DNA of 64,000 bases from Candidatus Latescibacterota bacterium. GTDB taxonomy: Bacteria > Latescibacterota > UBA2968 > UBA8231. The position numbers were made by a program, and so were the translations under genes. Under the pieces are notes generated by a model. It was not told the DNA's origin. It searched no databases and saw only the letters and a list, made by a program, of their open reading frames with translations. Shown here one piece after another: positions 8,881 to 17,655 of the stretch. Each line of letters begins with the position of its first letter. Within the stretch, counting starts at the first letter, position 1. The stretch covers positions 3,040,001 through 3,104,000 of the forward strand of contig CBDCDC010000002.1 in assembly GCA_965215195.1 (NCBI GenBank), given 5' to 3'.

Positions 8881-9795
8881 GCAAAGAATCATACTGGGTG
8901 ATGCGCTTTCTGAGCTTCCCAAACTAGCAGCGGAAACGTTTGACCTAATCATCGCAGACCCTCCTTACAATCTTGGGAAGAATTATGGAAACAATCGAGA
9001 CGCCAGAGAATTCGACGACTACCTAGAATTTTCCCGAAGCTGGCTTGCGGAGGCGCATCGGCTGCTGAAACCTCAAGGCACAATTTACGTGTTTATGGGC
9101 TTCAGATTCATTTCCTATCTCTACAGTATTATGGAGCGCGAGTTGGGAATGTTTTTCAATAGCTGGATCGTATGGCACTACACACAAGGAATGGGTAAGA
9201 CCAAGGGTTTCTCGCCTCGCCACGACGATATTTTGATGTTCACCAAATCTAGGGATTTTGTCTTCAATCTCGACGATGTACGGGTGCCTCAGAAGTACTA
9301 TCGAGAGCGAAACAACATGAGGGGGGCCAATCCCGGCGACGTTTGGGAATTTTCTCACGTTCACTACTGCAATGAAAACCGAAACCAGAAGGGTTGATCG
9401 AGCGAATGGTCTTGGCTTCAAGCAGTGAAGGAGCACTTGTTCTCGATCCATTCTTTGGCAGTGGAACCACTCTTCAGGTGTGTCGACATCTCAATAGGTT
9501 CGGCACGGGTATCGAATTGAATCCCGATTATGTGCAAATGTCGAAAGAACGCTTGCAAGACGAGTTTCCTGGATTTGATAGTGTTGACCCGAGGATGAAA
9601 CGGGTTCCATTTGATTTGCGAAACGAATCAGTCAGACAAGAGTACTTAGCAAATCATCGACGTTGGTTCTTGAACAATCACGAGAATGCGGTCAGAGATT
9701 TTGAAAAGTCCGTTGAAACTCTTTATCCACAACGGACTCGTGAACCCGAACAAATGAAGCTACTTGAGTCGAGCGAAAAGTACAAAGCCCAATGA
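8873..9795 (+). pseudogene. Site-specific DNA methyltransferase (N6_N4_Mtase, beta class), frameshifted
   Basis: MTEQRIILGDAL...DLIIADPPYN...NPGDVWEF in one frame and KPEGLIERMVLASS..G.LVLDPFFGSGTT in another. The usual HPTQ before KP is absent at ~9380. Confidence 0.85.
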
Positions 9796-9842
9796 GGTGC
9801 TGCACTGCGCAGAAATCCGCCACTATTAGAAAGAACGCAACC

Positions 9843-10577
9843 ATGCAGCTCAAAGACAAAGTCGCCCTCATCACGGGCGGGGGTCGCGGCATTGGCCGCG
9901 CTATCGCCATGGGCTACGCCGCCGAGGGCGCACAGGTAGCCATTGCGGCGCGCAGCACGGCGCAACTCGACGAAGTTGCCGCGGCGATTGCTGTGCAGGG
10001 CGGCGAAGTTCTCGCCGTGCCGACCGATTTGCGGGTGAGCGCAGAGGTGGAACGCCTCGTGCAGAAAACAATAGAGCGGTTCGGTCGGATCGATGTTGTC
10101 GTCAACAACGCTGGCGTCAATCCGCGCGGGCTGTTTTTAGACGCGACGGATGAACAGTGGGAGCAGGCGTGGCAAGTTAACGTCATGGGCGCGGTTCGCT
10201 GTTGTCGCGCGGTATTGCCCATTATGCAGCGACAGGGCAGCGGGAACATTATCAACGTCGGCTCCGGCATGGGCCAGGTCGGCCACGCGGATCTGAGCGT
10301 CTATTGCGCGTCCAAAGCGGCCTTGCACGGATTGACGCAAGCCATTGCAGAAGAAGTGTGGAGCGAGGGCATCATCGCCAACGTTCTCATCCCCGGCCCG
10401 GTCAAGACGGACCTGTCAAAACCAGCTTGGCAAAAGGACAGCAGCTTTCGCGCTGCAAGCGACTCGTGGAAGGAGCCAGAACAGGTGGTTGCCTCAGCGC
10501 TTTTCCTCGCGGCACAACCCCCGGCCAGCGGCATGACCGGCCAAATCCTCAGCATCATGCGCCGCACTAGTCCTTAA
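9843..10577 (+). CDS. SDR family NAD(P)-dependent oxidoreductase
   Basis: ALITGGGRGIG, NNAG, YCASK (YxxxK), PGPVKT. Start MQLKDK at 9843. Confidence 0.92.
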   Translation: MQLKDKVALITGGGRGIGRAIAMGYAAEGAQVAIAARSTAQLDEVAAAIAVQGGEVLAVPTDLRVSAEVERLVQKTIERFGRIDVVVNNAGVNPRGLFLDATDEQWEQAWQVNVMGAVRCCRAVLPIMQRQGSGNIINVGSGMGQVGHADLSVYCASKAALHGLTQAIAEEVWSEGIIANVLIPGPVKTDLSKPAWQKDSSFRAASDSWKEPEQVVASALFLAAQPPASGMTGQILSIMRRTSP

Positions 10578-10608
10578 GAGCGTCTAACGTCCAGCGGGAG
10601 TTTCAATT

Positions 10609-11361
10609 GTGAAATGGCTGTCGATTGTTATAGGTGCGGCAACCGCACTGTATGGCTGTGGCCCAAAACTTAAAACTGAAACGTATTCCAATGGACAGGT
10701 CAAAGTTCAATACCAGTACTACAAAAACGAAGCAAATGAGTTAATCAAACACGGGCCCTATACAGCGTATTATACAACCGGCAATCCGCAAGTACAGGGC
10801 ATGTACAAGGACGACGAGAAAGATGGAAAAATTGTTTATTACTTTGAAGATGGGATCAAAAAATCGGAAGAGACCTATAGCGCAGGTAGGCTCCACGGCC
10901 CCTTTACAGACTACTATGAGGAAGGAACCAAACGTGCGGAAGGAACCTACCAAGCGGGACAGTTCCACGGAGCCTATACCAAGTACTATGCAAACGGGCA
11001 AATAGAATTATCCGTAGTCTTCAAAAACGGTCAATGGCACGGCCCCTATACCAGTTACTACAGCAACGGGAATAAATGGCTAGAAGGCTTCTATACAAAC
11101 GGCCGCGAGAGCGGGATCTGGACCCATTACGACGAATCAGCAAAAAAGACAAACGGGCCCCTCGTCTCCTACTACGAAAACGGACAAAAAAAATGGGAGG
11201 GCTCCTACACAGACGGAAATCCCGATGGAATTTTTGTAGTCTTTGATGTCGAGGGCAATAAGGTAAGGCAGGATGTGTGGGAAAAAGGGCAATTGGTAAA
11301 GCGGTCAAATTGCGAAAAGAATCTCGACGACTGTGCGGACAGTAGTTTGCGTCCTCAATGA
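10609..11361 (+). CDS. MORN-variant repeat lipoprotein (YwqK-like)
   Basis: Lipobox LYGC and about seven repeats of G.Y..YY.NG....EG.Y..G. Confidence 0.85.
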   Translation: MKWLSIVIGAATALYGCGPKLKTETYSNGQVKVQYQYYKNEANELIKHGPYTAYYTTGNPQVQGMYKDDEKDGKIVYYFEDGIKKSEETYSAGRLHGPFTDYYEEGTKRAEGTYQAGQFHGAYTKYYANGQIELSVVFKNGQWHGPYTSYYSNGNKWLEGFYTNGRESGIWTHYDESAKKTNGPLVSYYENGQKKWEGSYTDGNPDGIFVVFDVEGNKVRQDVWEKGQLVKRSNCEKNLDDCADSSLRPQ

Positions 11362-11376
11362 TTTTGTACGGATTCC

Positions 11377-13137
11377 TCAGTCCCCCTCAGTATTAGCCAG
11401 CCGTTGTATCAAGGTATCGGGCAAAGCCGCTGCCAACTCGTCTTGATATACTGTTATGCGATCTTGGTACTTCGCCAGCAAATCGTCGACCAGTTCCTCG
11501 AAGAGTCGGTCTTCTTTCTGCCGACGCAGAAGTGAGTGCGCTCGTCGTGCCAATTTGGAAAACGGAGGAAGTTCTCCTTTTATGCGGCGGAGTACTTTGA
11601 ACAGGCTGTACCCACCCTTGACTTGGACCGGTCCAACAATCTCTCCTATTTCGGCTTCCTGCACGGCCTCGTAGAGTTGCGGGTTGACATAGCGATCGCG
11701 GCCGTGCAGGTGTACCTGTCCCGGTTCTTCCTGCGACCCGGTGCGAATGGTGTGTTCTCGGGCCAAGTCGATAAGGGTTTCGTCCCCTCGCTCCAATTCT
11801 GTGAGAAGAACTCGCGCCTTTTCTTGGGTTTCGACTAGTACTTCGATCAGATCAAACTGGTCGGATTTGCGAAACAAATCCTCGTGCGCTTGGTAGAACT
11901 CCTGAGCCTCCTCCTCGGTGACTACGGCTTTGTCTTCCACTTCTTCCCGGCGGACTTGCCGAACCATGAACTCCCAGCGCGTCTGCTCCAGCCAATTTTG
12001 TTCTTCCGTCCGCTCGGGAATGCCCGCCCGCTTTGCCGCCTCCAGCAGAATGGCAGACTGCATGACGGTGGACTCGGCGGCTGCAACCACTGCCGCGCTG
12101 TCCTTTACCCCCCAGCCCGAGCGCGCCCGCCCGGCATCTTCCCACAGCGCATCCACGTATTCTCCCACAGTCACCTGCCCACCTTGGTAGGTGAAGAGGG
12201 GCTGGATCGCCTCCCTAGCCGAAAAATGCCGGCGATGCACCGCGGAGTACGCGGCCGCTTTTTGCAGGAGAAGTTCTAACCCTGAGGATTCGATCTTCCA
12301 GCCAAACTCTCGGGCCAGAGACCGGCCCTTTTCTCTTTTGGCCTCTTTGAGCTTTCCTGCATGGAGCACGGAGCGAATGCGGGACCGCTGTTCCTCTAGG
12401 CTCCCGGGCCGGTCTTGGCGAAAGCGCATTACCAAGTAGCGTTTGTTGATGGGCAGGATATCGGACACGACGCCCATCGGCAGCTCGCGGAACACCTCGT
12501 CTGGAATTTTTAATCTGCGGGCTTGCGGCCGCGAAATATACCCCCATACTCCACCTTGGGTAGCCGACCCCTTGTGGACGGAGTATTGCTTGGCCAAGTC
12601 CGCGAAACTTTCGCCAGAGGCGAGCTTTGCGAGCACTTCTTGGGCTTGGGATTTTTCCTCGACCAGAATGCCGGCTAGTTGGCGCTGCCGCCCTAGATCA
12701 TTTTCCTCGAAATACCTGTGTATATCCGCCTCGTCAACTTCTACTTGGATGGCTGGCTGCTCGTTGCGATAAACTTCGATGAGGTGCTGGTGCCAGTTCG
12801 CTTCAACCCGCTTTTGGACCGCCATGGACTCCTGCAATTCCCAAACTTGGGCCTCTAGGTAGAGCAGGTGCTTGACCAGCAAACTGTGCAGATAGTCCTG
12901 TCGCGCGGCCGCTCCTTCCTGCTTGGAACGCAGGTTCCGAGGGGTGGAAATGGCGAAGTCGCGCAACTCGCCGGCCTGCAGGACCGCCTCCCCAATCCGC
13001 GCCACCACCCCGGGCGCGGCTTGGGGAGGTTCTTCGGACGTCGTAGTACACGCAGCGAATAGACAAAAAATAAAAAGGCGAGAGAACACACCCCACCCAC
13101 TTCCCGTCCTGCGTCTTCTCATGTTCCTGCGAGGCAT
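11377..13137 (-). CDS. PpiC/parvulin-type foldase lipoprotein with two rotamase domains (module A)
   Basis: Lipobox FAAC. GESFADLAKQYS......QGG.WG and a second domain LAREHTIR....EIGEIVGPV....GYSLFKV. Translationally coupled (TAATG) to the upstream gene. Confidence 0.8.
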   Translation of the reverse strand: MPRRNMRRRRTGSGWGVFSRLFIFCLFAACTTTSEEPPQAAPGVVARIGEAVLQAGELRDFAISTPRNLRSKQEGAAARQDYLHSLLVKHLLYLEAQVWELQESMAVQKRVEANWHQHLIEVYRNEQPAIQVEVDEADIHRYFEENDLGRQRQLAGILVEEKSQAQEVLAKLASGESFADLAKQYSVHKGSATQGGVWGYISRPQARRLKIPDEVFRELPMGVVSDILPINKRYLVMRFRQDRPGSLEEQRSRIRSVLHAGKLKEAKREKGRSLAREFGWKIESSGLELLLQKAAAYSAVHRRHFSAREAIQPLFTYQGGQVTVGEYVDALWEDAGRARSGWGVKDSAAVVAAAESTVMQSAILLEAAKRAGIPERTEEQNWLEQTRWEFMVRQVRREEVEDKAVVTEEEAQEFYQAHEDLFRKSDQFDLIEVLVETQEKARVLLTELERGDETLIDLAREHTIRTGSQEEPGQVHLHGRDRYVNPQLYEAVQEAEIGEIVGPVQVKGGYSLFKVLRRIKGELPPFSKLARRAHSLLRRQKEDRLFEELVDDLLAKYQDRITVYQDELAAALPDTLIQRLANTEGD

Positions 13138-14987
13138 TAATACACAACCGCTAGGGTTCCTACGTACACACTGCTTCCCTGGTCGGCATCGGCAACTAGT
13201 TGGTAAACGTATAGGCCCGGAGGTGCCGTGTGCCCGGCGTCGTCAACGCCCTTCCAGGATATAGCGTATTGCCCGTTAGCCTGCTCTGCGGACTGGTGCC
13301 AAATCCGCTGGCCGGAAAGATCAAAGATCTCAACAGATACCTGAATGGACTGGATGACTTGTAGCAGGCTGTAGGATATTTCTACTGCATCGTTCACTCC
13401 ATCGCCATTAGGTGTTAGATGGTGCTGCGAAATCCCCACGGATGCAAGCAGAGATCGGTCCAGATCCCATTTCACCAGCAGGTCATCCGCGTCAATGGCC
13501 GGCGTGGCATCTCCCGGCACGATGATCTGCGGTATATCTCCCTCTCTCTTGGTGTCGAACACTCTGCCGGTGAAGCGCGTGCCGTACACCAGTACTTCGG
13601 CGTCAAAATCTACTTCGAGCAAGGTTGCGTGTTCAGTTATCCGGTTCGCTGGAAACGAGACTGCAAAGCCATCTGCCCTCACATCCTCGGAGTATGCGAC
13701 CGGATTGCCATTGATCCTGACTTCCTCGATTTCCGCCGGCAACGGCGTAGCTACTTGCAGACCGTCAATGCCGCTATCCCCGGGATCCAAGATAGCGCGC
13801 ACCGCATAGGTGAAGGCCGTCTTTTTCCCAGGAACGACTTGTTGGGGCGTCAACTCGGCTATGAATTCCCGGCCGAACAGGGGCGTGGAAAATTCCACTG
13901 CTAGAGAATCAATCCGACTCCTGAACAGCGGAGAGAAGGATTGAAAGTCAATGCTAAACTGAACGTACTGTGCCGGAGCCAAAGCGATCAGGGGCACCTC
14001 CCCAGTCGGGGGATAGGGTGCCGACCAGCCGCTCCAATTCTCGGTATCGGGCTGGATGGAGCCCTTTTCCGTCGGCCTGAGTTTTTTGTACTCGGCTCGC
14101 GTTACTCGTTCTTCCCCTGCCAGTCCCAGACCCGTCAGACGATGGTACACAAAGGGATCGTCCGTCTGCCCGGTGCGCGTGCGGATCAGCAGAGCACTGC
14201 CCGAATCGCTCAGAGCCGACCACGTCAAGTTCCCGAGACTGGCCCGATCGCCCAGATCGATCACGTCTGACTCGTAGTGGCCCACGAGGGCGTATCCATT
14301 GCCCCACACCTCGAGTTCGTCAATCTCCCACAAGGTGGGATCGGGCAAACTGATAGTGTCTGAGATGGCCACGTAGCGCACTACCTGCAAGGGGAGCTTT
14401 ATATGGGCGAAAGGGTTGTTCGTCTGGGCCTTTTCCGCTACCAGCTTCCAGTCTTTTACCACATTAAACCAGTGTCCGCCGAGGGGTAGTGCGAGTTCAT
14501 CGAGACCGACCCCGTCGTGGACCCAAACTTGGTATCCTCGCATAAAGGCCTGTTCTAACCCTTCCCGGGGATAGAAGCTAAGGCTGTCCACGCCGAAAGG
14601 CCCTCCCAAGTCGAGGATCAGGGTTACGGGGAGATCCGCTTTGTTTACTCGGCGCTCCACGTTCCGGTCGGACAGATCCGGGAAAGCCGCACTGTGGTCG
14701 CCGTTGATGATCTTGGGCAACAATTCCACTCCTAGGCGGAAATCGGAATTTACCCACCCGCCCCGATCCATGGAACTGAGGGACAAATTCTGGTTCGACA
14801 CGAAGATGGGCTGAAGCCAGCCCTCCTCTGCGGTGTCGTCCAGCCCCGCAAAACTTCCCGCAGCACTCCATGGACGGTCTGCGGTTCCAACCGTCCATCT
14901 AGCCGCTCCGAAAGCCGATTCTGCAAAGAGCAATAAGGCACAGCCCAGCGGCAGCAACAGGCTACATTTGCGCCTGTTCACGTTCAT
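13137..14987 (-). CDS. Secreted discoidin-like + FlgD Ig-like domain protein (class D1, module A)
   Basis: Signal peptide, LILDLG...SFYPR...WEIDELEVWG, RTRTG..DDP, NWSGWS, TPNGDGVND...WKGVDDAG..APPGLY. Ends AVVY. Confidence 0.8.
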   Translation of the reverse strand: MNVNRRKCSLLLPLGCALLLFAESAFGAARWTVGTADRPWSAAGSFAGLDDTAEEGWLQPIFVSNQNLSLSSMDRGGWVNSDFRLGVELLPKIINGDHSAAFPDLSDRNVERRVNKADLPVTLILDLGGPFGVDSLSFYPREGLEQAFMRGYQVWVHDGVGLDELALPLGGHWFNVVKDWKLVAEKAQTNNPFAHIKLPLQVVRYVAISDTISLPDPTLWEIDELEVWGNGYALVGHYESDVIDLGDRASLGNLTWSALSDSGSALLIRTRTGQTDDPFVYHRLTGLGLAGEERVTRAEYKKLRPTEKGSIQPDTENWSGWSAPYPPTGEVPLIALAPAQYVQFSIDFQSFSPLFRSRIDSLAVEFSTPLFGREFIAELTPQQVVPGKKTAFTYAVRAILDPGDSGIDGLQVATPLPAEIEEVRINGNPVAYSEDVRADGFAVSFPANRITEHATLLEVDFDAEVLVYGTRFTGRVFDTKREGDIPQIIVPGDATPAIDADDLLVKWDLDRSLLASVGISQHHLTPNGDGVNDAVEISYSLLQVIQSIQVSVEIFDLSGQRIWHQSAEQANGQYAISWKGVDDAGHTAPPGLYVYQLVADADQGSSVYVGTLAVVY

Positions 14988-14996
14988 CTCTTGTCC

Positions 14997-17606
14997 TTAA
15001 CTGGAGCCAAGCCCGGCGAACACCACGATGAAAGCACTGGTGATGGTCTCTGGAGAATCTCTGTTTTCAAATTGCCTCCTCTCCCACTGGTGCCCGATGT
15101 TCATGATGACCTCATAGCCGAGGTAGTTGTTATTGATAGAAATCTGCGACGTGATGACGCTGCCGAAAAAATCTCCGGTGCTGCCCAGTGCTTCCTCGAG
15201 GTCGTAGAACTGGGCCAACTCGGTACCCACTTCGAGCCAGAGCTTTGGCATGGGTTGGGTTCTGACCGTCAAGATACCCATTTCGGTTAGATTGTGGACA
15301 TCCGCTTCGCCTTTGATGAAGGCCGTGCTGCGGCGGTACAAGCTCCTAAATTTGGGATGAATTTTGAAATCGCCGATCCAGAAGGCATAGTCGCATTTAT
15401 TGACAATCCCGAGGAAATAGGAATCCTTCAACTCCTCGAGCACACCTCCGGTTCGAAGAGGCCTGGCGAAGTTCGCGCCCTGCTGATTGTAAATCTCGTA
15501 CTTGACCTTATTGGTCACATTGAAATTGGGCAGTCCCTTGTAATCGAAGCGCAGAAAGGCCGTGTTGATCACTGCGTCCTGAGCCACTAGGCGATCCTGA
15601 AAGGTTTGTATCCCCCCGAATGTACCGGGCGGGTGCGTCCAGATGAGTTGGTCGTCGATGAGATTGTCTTGGACGATTCGCAGATTGTCGAATATCTGCA
15701 ACCGGCCCAGTTGGGCATAGTCCTTGTCAAAGGTCACTAATCCATAAAAATCTTTGCTTTCCCTCTCATCGGACCACAACCATTCCTTGGCATATCCGAT
15801 CAGGACTTTTGATTCGGGGGTGAGACGCCGCCCCACATAGCCATTGTACCCACGGTGATCCCGCTGGTAGGGATAATCCGGCTCATCGTCGTCTTCAAAG
15901 CGATCAATAATGGTGTTGTGATCGAGATCCATCCCAAATAGAAACTCCGGGGGATCCACCTCGTAGCGCCAAAAGGGTTCATCGTAGTCGGGCCGCAGAT
16001 TGTTGTTCTGGTTGAAATCCGAGATGAAATCGTTGTTTTCGTCCAGTCCGGGAAAGATGCCCCCGGCAGGGGGACCACCCCGGGCCAATCCCTCCCCTTC
16101 GAGCGGCTGGTTGGCCCGCTGCCAGTCCGGCCATCGATCTTGGTCGTCGTTGTCATCCACGAACTCGTAGCGATTGCGCTCCGCATTCGAATAGTCGATC
16201 TCTCCGGTCCGGTCCAAGATGAACATAGAGGTGGAATATCCTTCGTCGATACTGAATACTTCACCAAAGCCAAACCAAGGATAGGCGACCTTGCGCGCGG
16301 CTAAAAAAAAGGCCTCTGAACGAGTGGAAGCGTGAGCGTGACGCTCAAAGTTGATATTGGGAAACCGCCTCCAGCGATTGTTAATATCTACTTCGCCCCA
16401 CACTGTGAGTCCCATCAGGTCGCGTACTTCTAGGGTAAATCCGATGATCTCGTTTCCCGTAGGCAGACCGTAATCGAACTTTACTACTCGCTGGTTCGAG
16501 CCATCGTCGACGTTTCCGTCCGCTCGCACGACTGGCAAAAAGACCGGCTCGCCGAGGGCATTGGTCTGCAGGTTCGATGTGGCCTCAACGCGGTAATCGT
16601 TGGCCAGAACCAGTTCAAATCCTATTTTTCGTTTTAACTCGGGATCGGGAATCACATAGGTCAGGGTGATGGCTTCGATCCCATCCGCAGCCAGAGCTCC
16701 TCGCACCGGCAAGCCCCCCTCTATGCGGGGTTCAATGGCCGCGGGTTCCATCTCATTGCCTCTATTGACGAATATCTGTTCGGAGAACAGTACTCCTCCC
16801 CCTTCCCCGTCCTCGGGCGAATCGTCGGTGATGCGGATGGCGATCCAGCGGATGACATCTTGGTTTTGCACCGAAGTAAGCTGGCCTTCCTGAAAGCCGC
16901 TGAGCGGCAGGTCCGTAGAGGTGCGGCTGAAATGGGAGTTTACGTAGGTGGCCCCGAGGTTTACGAAGTCGCCGACTTGGACTGTGCCCCTGAAGCCAAA
17001 GAGGTTGTTAAAGTCCGTCATCCGGGTTTCGGGAACATCTACATTTTGCCCCCGCGTCGGAAAATTGACTCTGGAACTCAGGAGGGTGAGCGCGTATTTG
17101 TCGGAGCGAAAATCCGCTTGGATGCCGTTGAAGGCTGGTTTCGAGAACGTCATGGGCGTCAGGGTCGTTCTGATTTCATCACCTAGGGTTATCGCCAAGT
17201 TGTACTGTCCGCTGGAGGTATGCCCAATCACGACATTGTTGAACCAGTTGGAGTACCGGCCGCTCTTGAAGATGTTGCTGCCGAACGAGGTGGGGACTTC
17301 TTGGGTCCACTCGTAGATCTTCCAGCCCTTGGTGAGGTATTTCCCGTACAGATCGTACCACCTAGTACCCTCTAAGCCCACATCCACGTAGCGCTTGTAC
17401 GGCTCTCTTGCGTAATTGCTGTACTGCCACCACGACCATCTATACTGATAGTAAAGTTCCTGACGCTGATACCATTTCATCAAGGTCGGGTCCAGCGCTT
17501 CGGCTACTGGGCCAGACGGGACCGACCGCTGGGCATCTCCCGTGGATGTGCTCAGACATGAGAAGAGGAGTACCAGACCCCACACACCTCTGCATCGAAT
17601 AGTCAT
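14997..17606 (-). CDS. Large exported protein with Asp-rich Ca-binding-like repeats and probable C-terminal beta-barrel (class B, module A)
   Basis: 869 aa with signal peptide and W/Y-rich N-terminus. DDNDDQDRWPDW, DENNDFISDFNQNNNLRPDY and DLDHNTIIDRFEDD motifs, amphipathic strands at the C-terminus. Colinear paralog of 32348..35005. Confidence 0.75.
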   Translation of the reverse strand: MTIRCRGVWGLVLLFSCLSTSTGDAQRSVPSGPVAEALDPTLMKWYQRQELYYQYRWSWWQYSNYAREPYKRYVDVGLEGTRWYDLYGKYLTKGWKIYEWTQEVPTSFGSNIFKSGRYSNWFNNVVIGHTSSGQYNLAITLGDEIRTTLTPMTFSKPAFNGIQADFRSDKYALTLLSSRVNFPTRGQNVDVPETRMTDFNNLFGFRGTVQVGDFVNLGATYVNSHFSRTSTDLPLSGFQEGQLTSVQNQDVIRWIAIRITDDSPEDGEGGGVLFSEQIFVNRGNEMEPAAIEPRIEGGLPVRGALAADGIEAITLTYVIPDPELKRKIGFELVLANDYRVEATSNLQTNALGEPVFLPVVRADGNVDDGSNQRVVKFDYGLPTGNEIIGFTLEVRDLMGLTVWGEVDINNRWRRFPNINFERHAHASTRSEAFFLAARKVAYPWFGFGEVFSIDEGYSTSMFILDRTGEIDYSNAERNRYEFVDDNDDQDRWPDWQRANQPLEGEGLARGGPPAGGIFPGLDENNDFISDFNQNNNLRPDYDEPFWRYEVDPPEFLFGMDLDHNTIIDRFEDDDEPDYPYQRDHRGYNGYVGRRLTPESKVLIGYAKEWLWSDERESKDFYGLVTFDKDYAQLGRLQIFDNLRIVQDNLIDDQLIWTHPPGTFGGIQTFQDRLVAQDAVINTAFLRFDYKGLPNFNVTNKVKYEIYNQQGANFARPLRTGGVLEELKDSYFLGIVNKCDYAFWIGDFKIHPKFRSLYRRSTAFIKGEADVHNLTEMGILTVRTQPMPKLWLEVGTELAQFYDLEEALGSTGDFFGSVITSQISINNNYLGYEVIMNIGHQWERRQFENRDSPETITSAFIVVFAGLGSS

Positions 17607-17655
17607 CGCGAACTCCCTGCCGAGACTTCAGATAGGCAGCTTATCGACATGTATA

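Noticed and set aside
8639-9397. Apparent natural REase-MTase fusion or programmed frameshift
   Set aside because: Conserved residues are missing at the junctions and no slippery heptamer or repeat tract is evident; deletion damage explains it better.
10609-11361. YwqK-like protein as the antitoxin of a TA system
   Set aside because: It is a MORN-repeat lipoprotein with no adjacent toxin gene.
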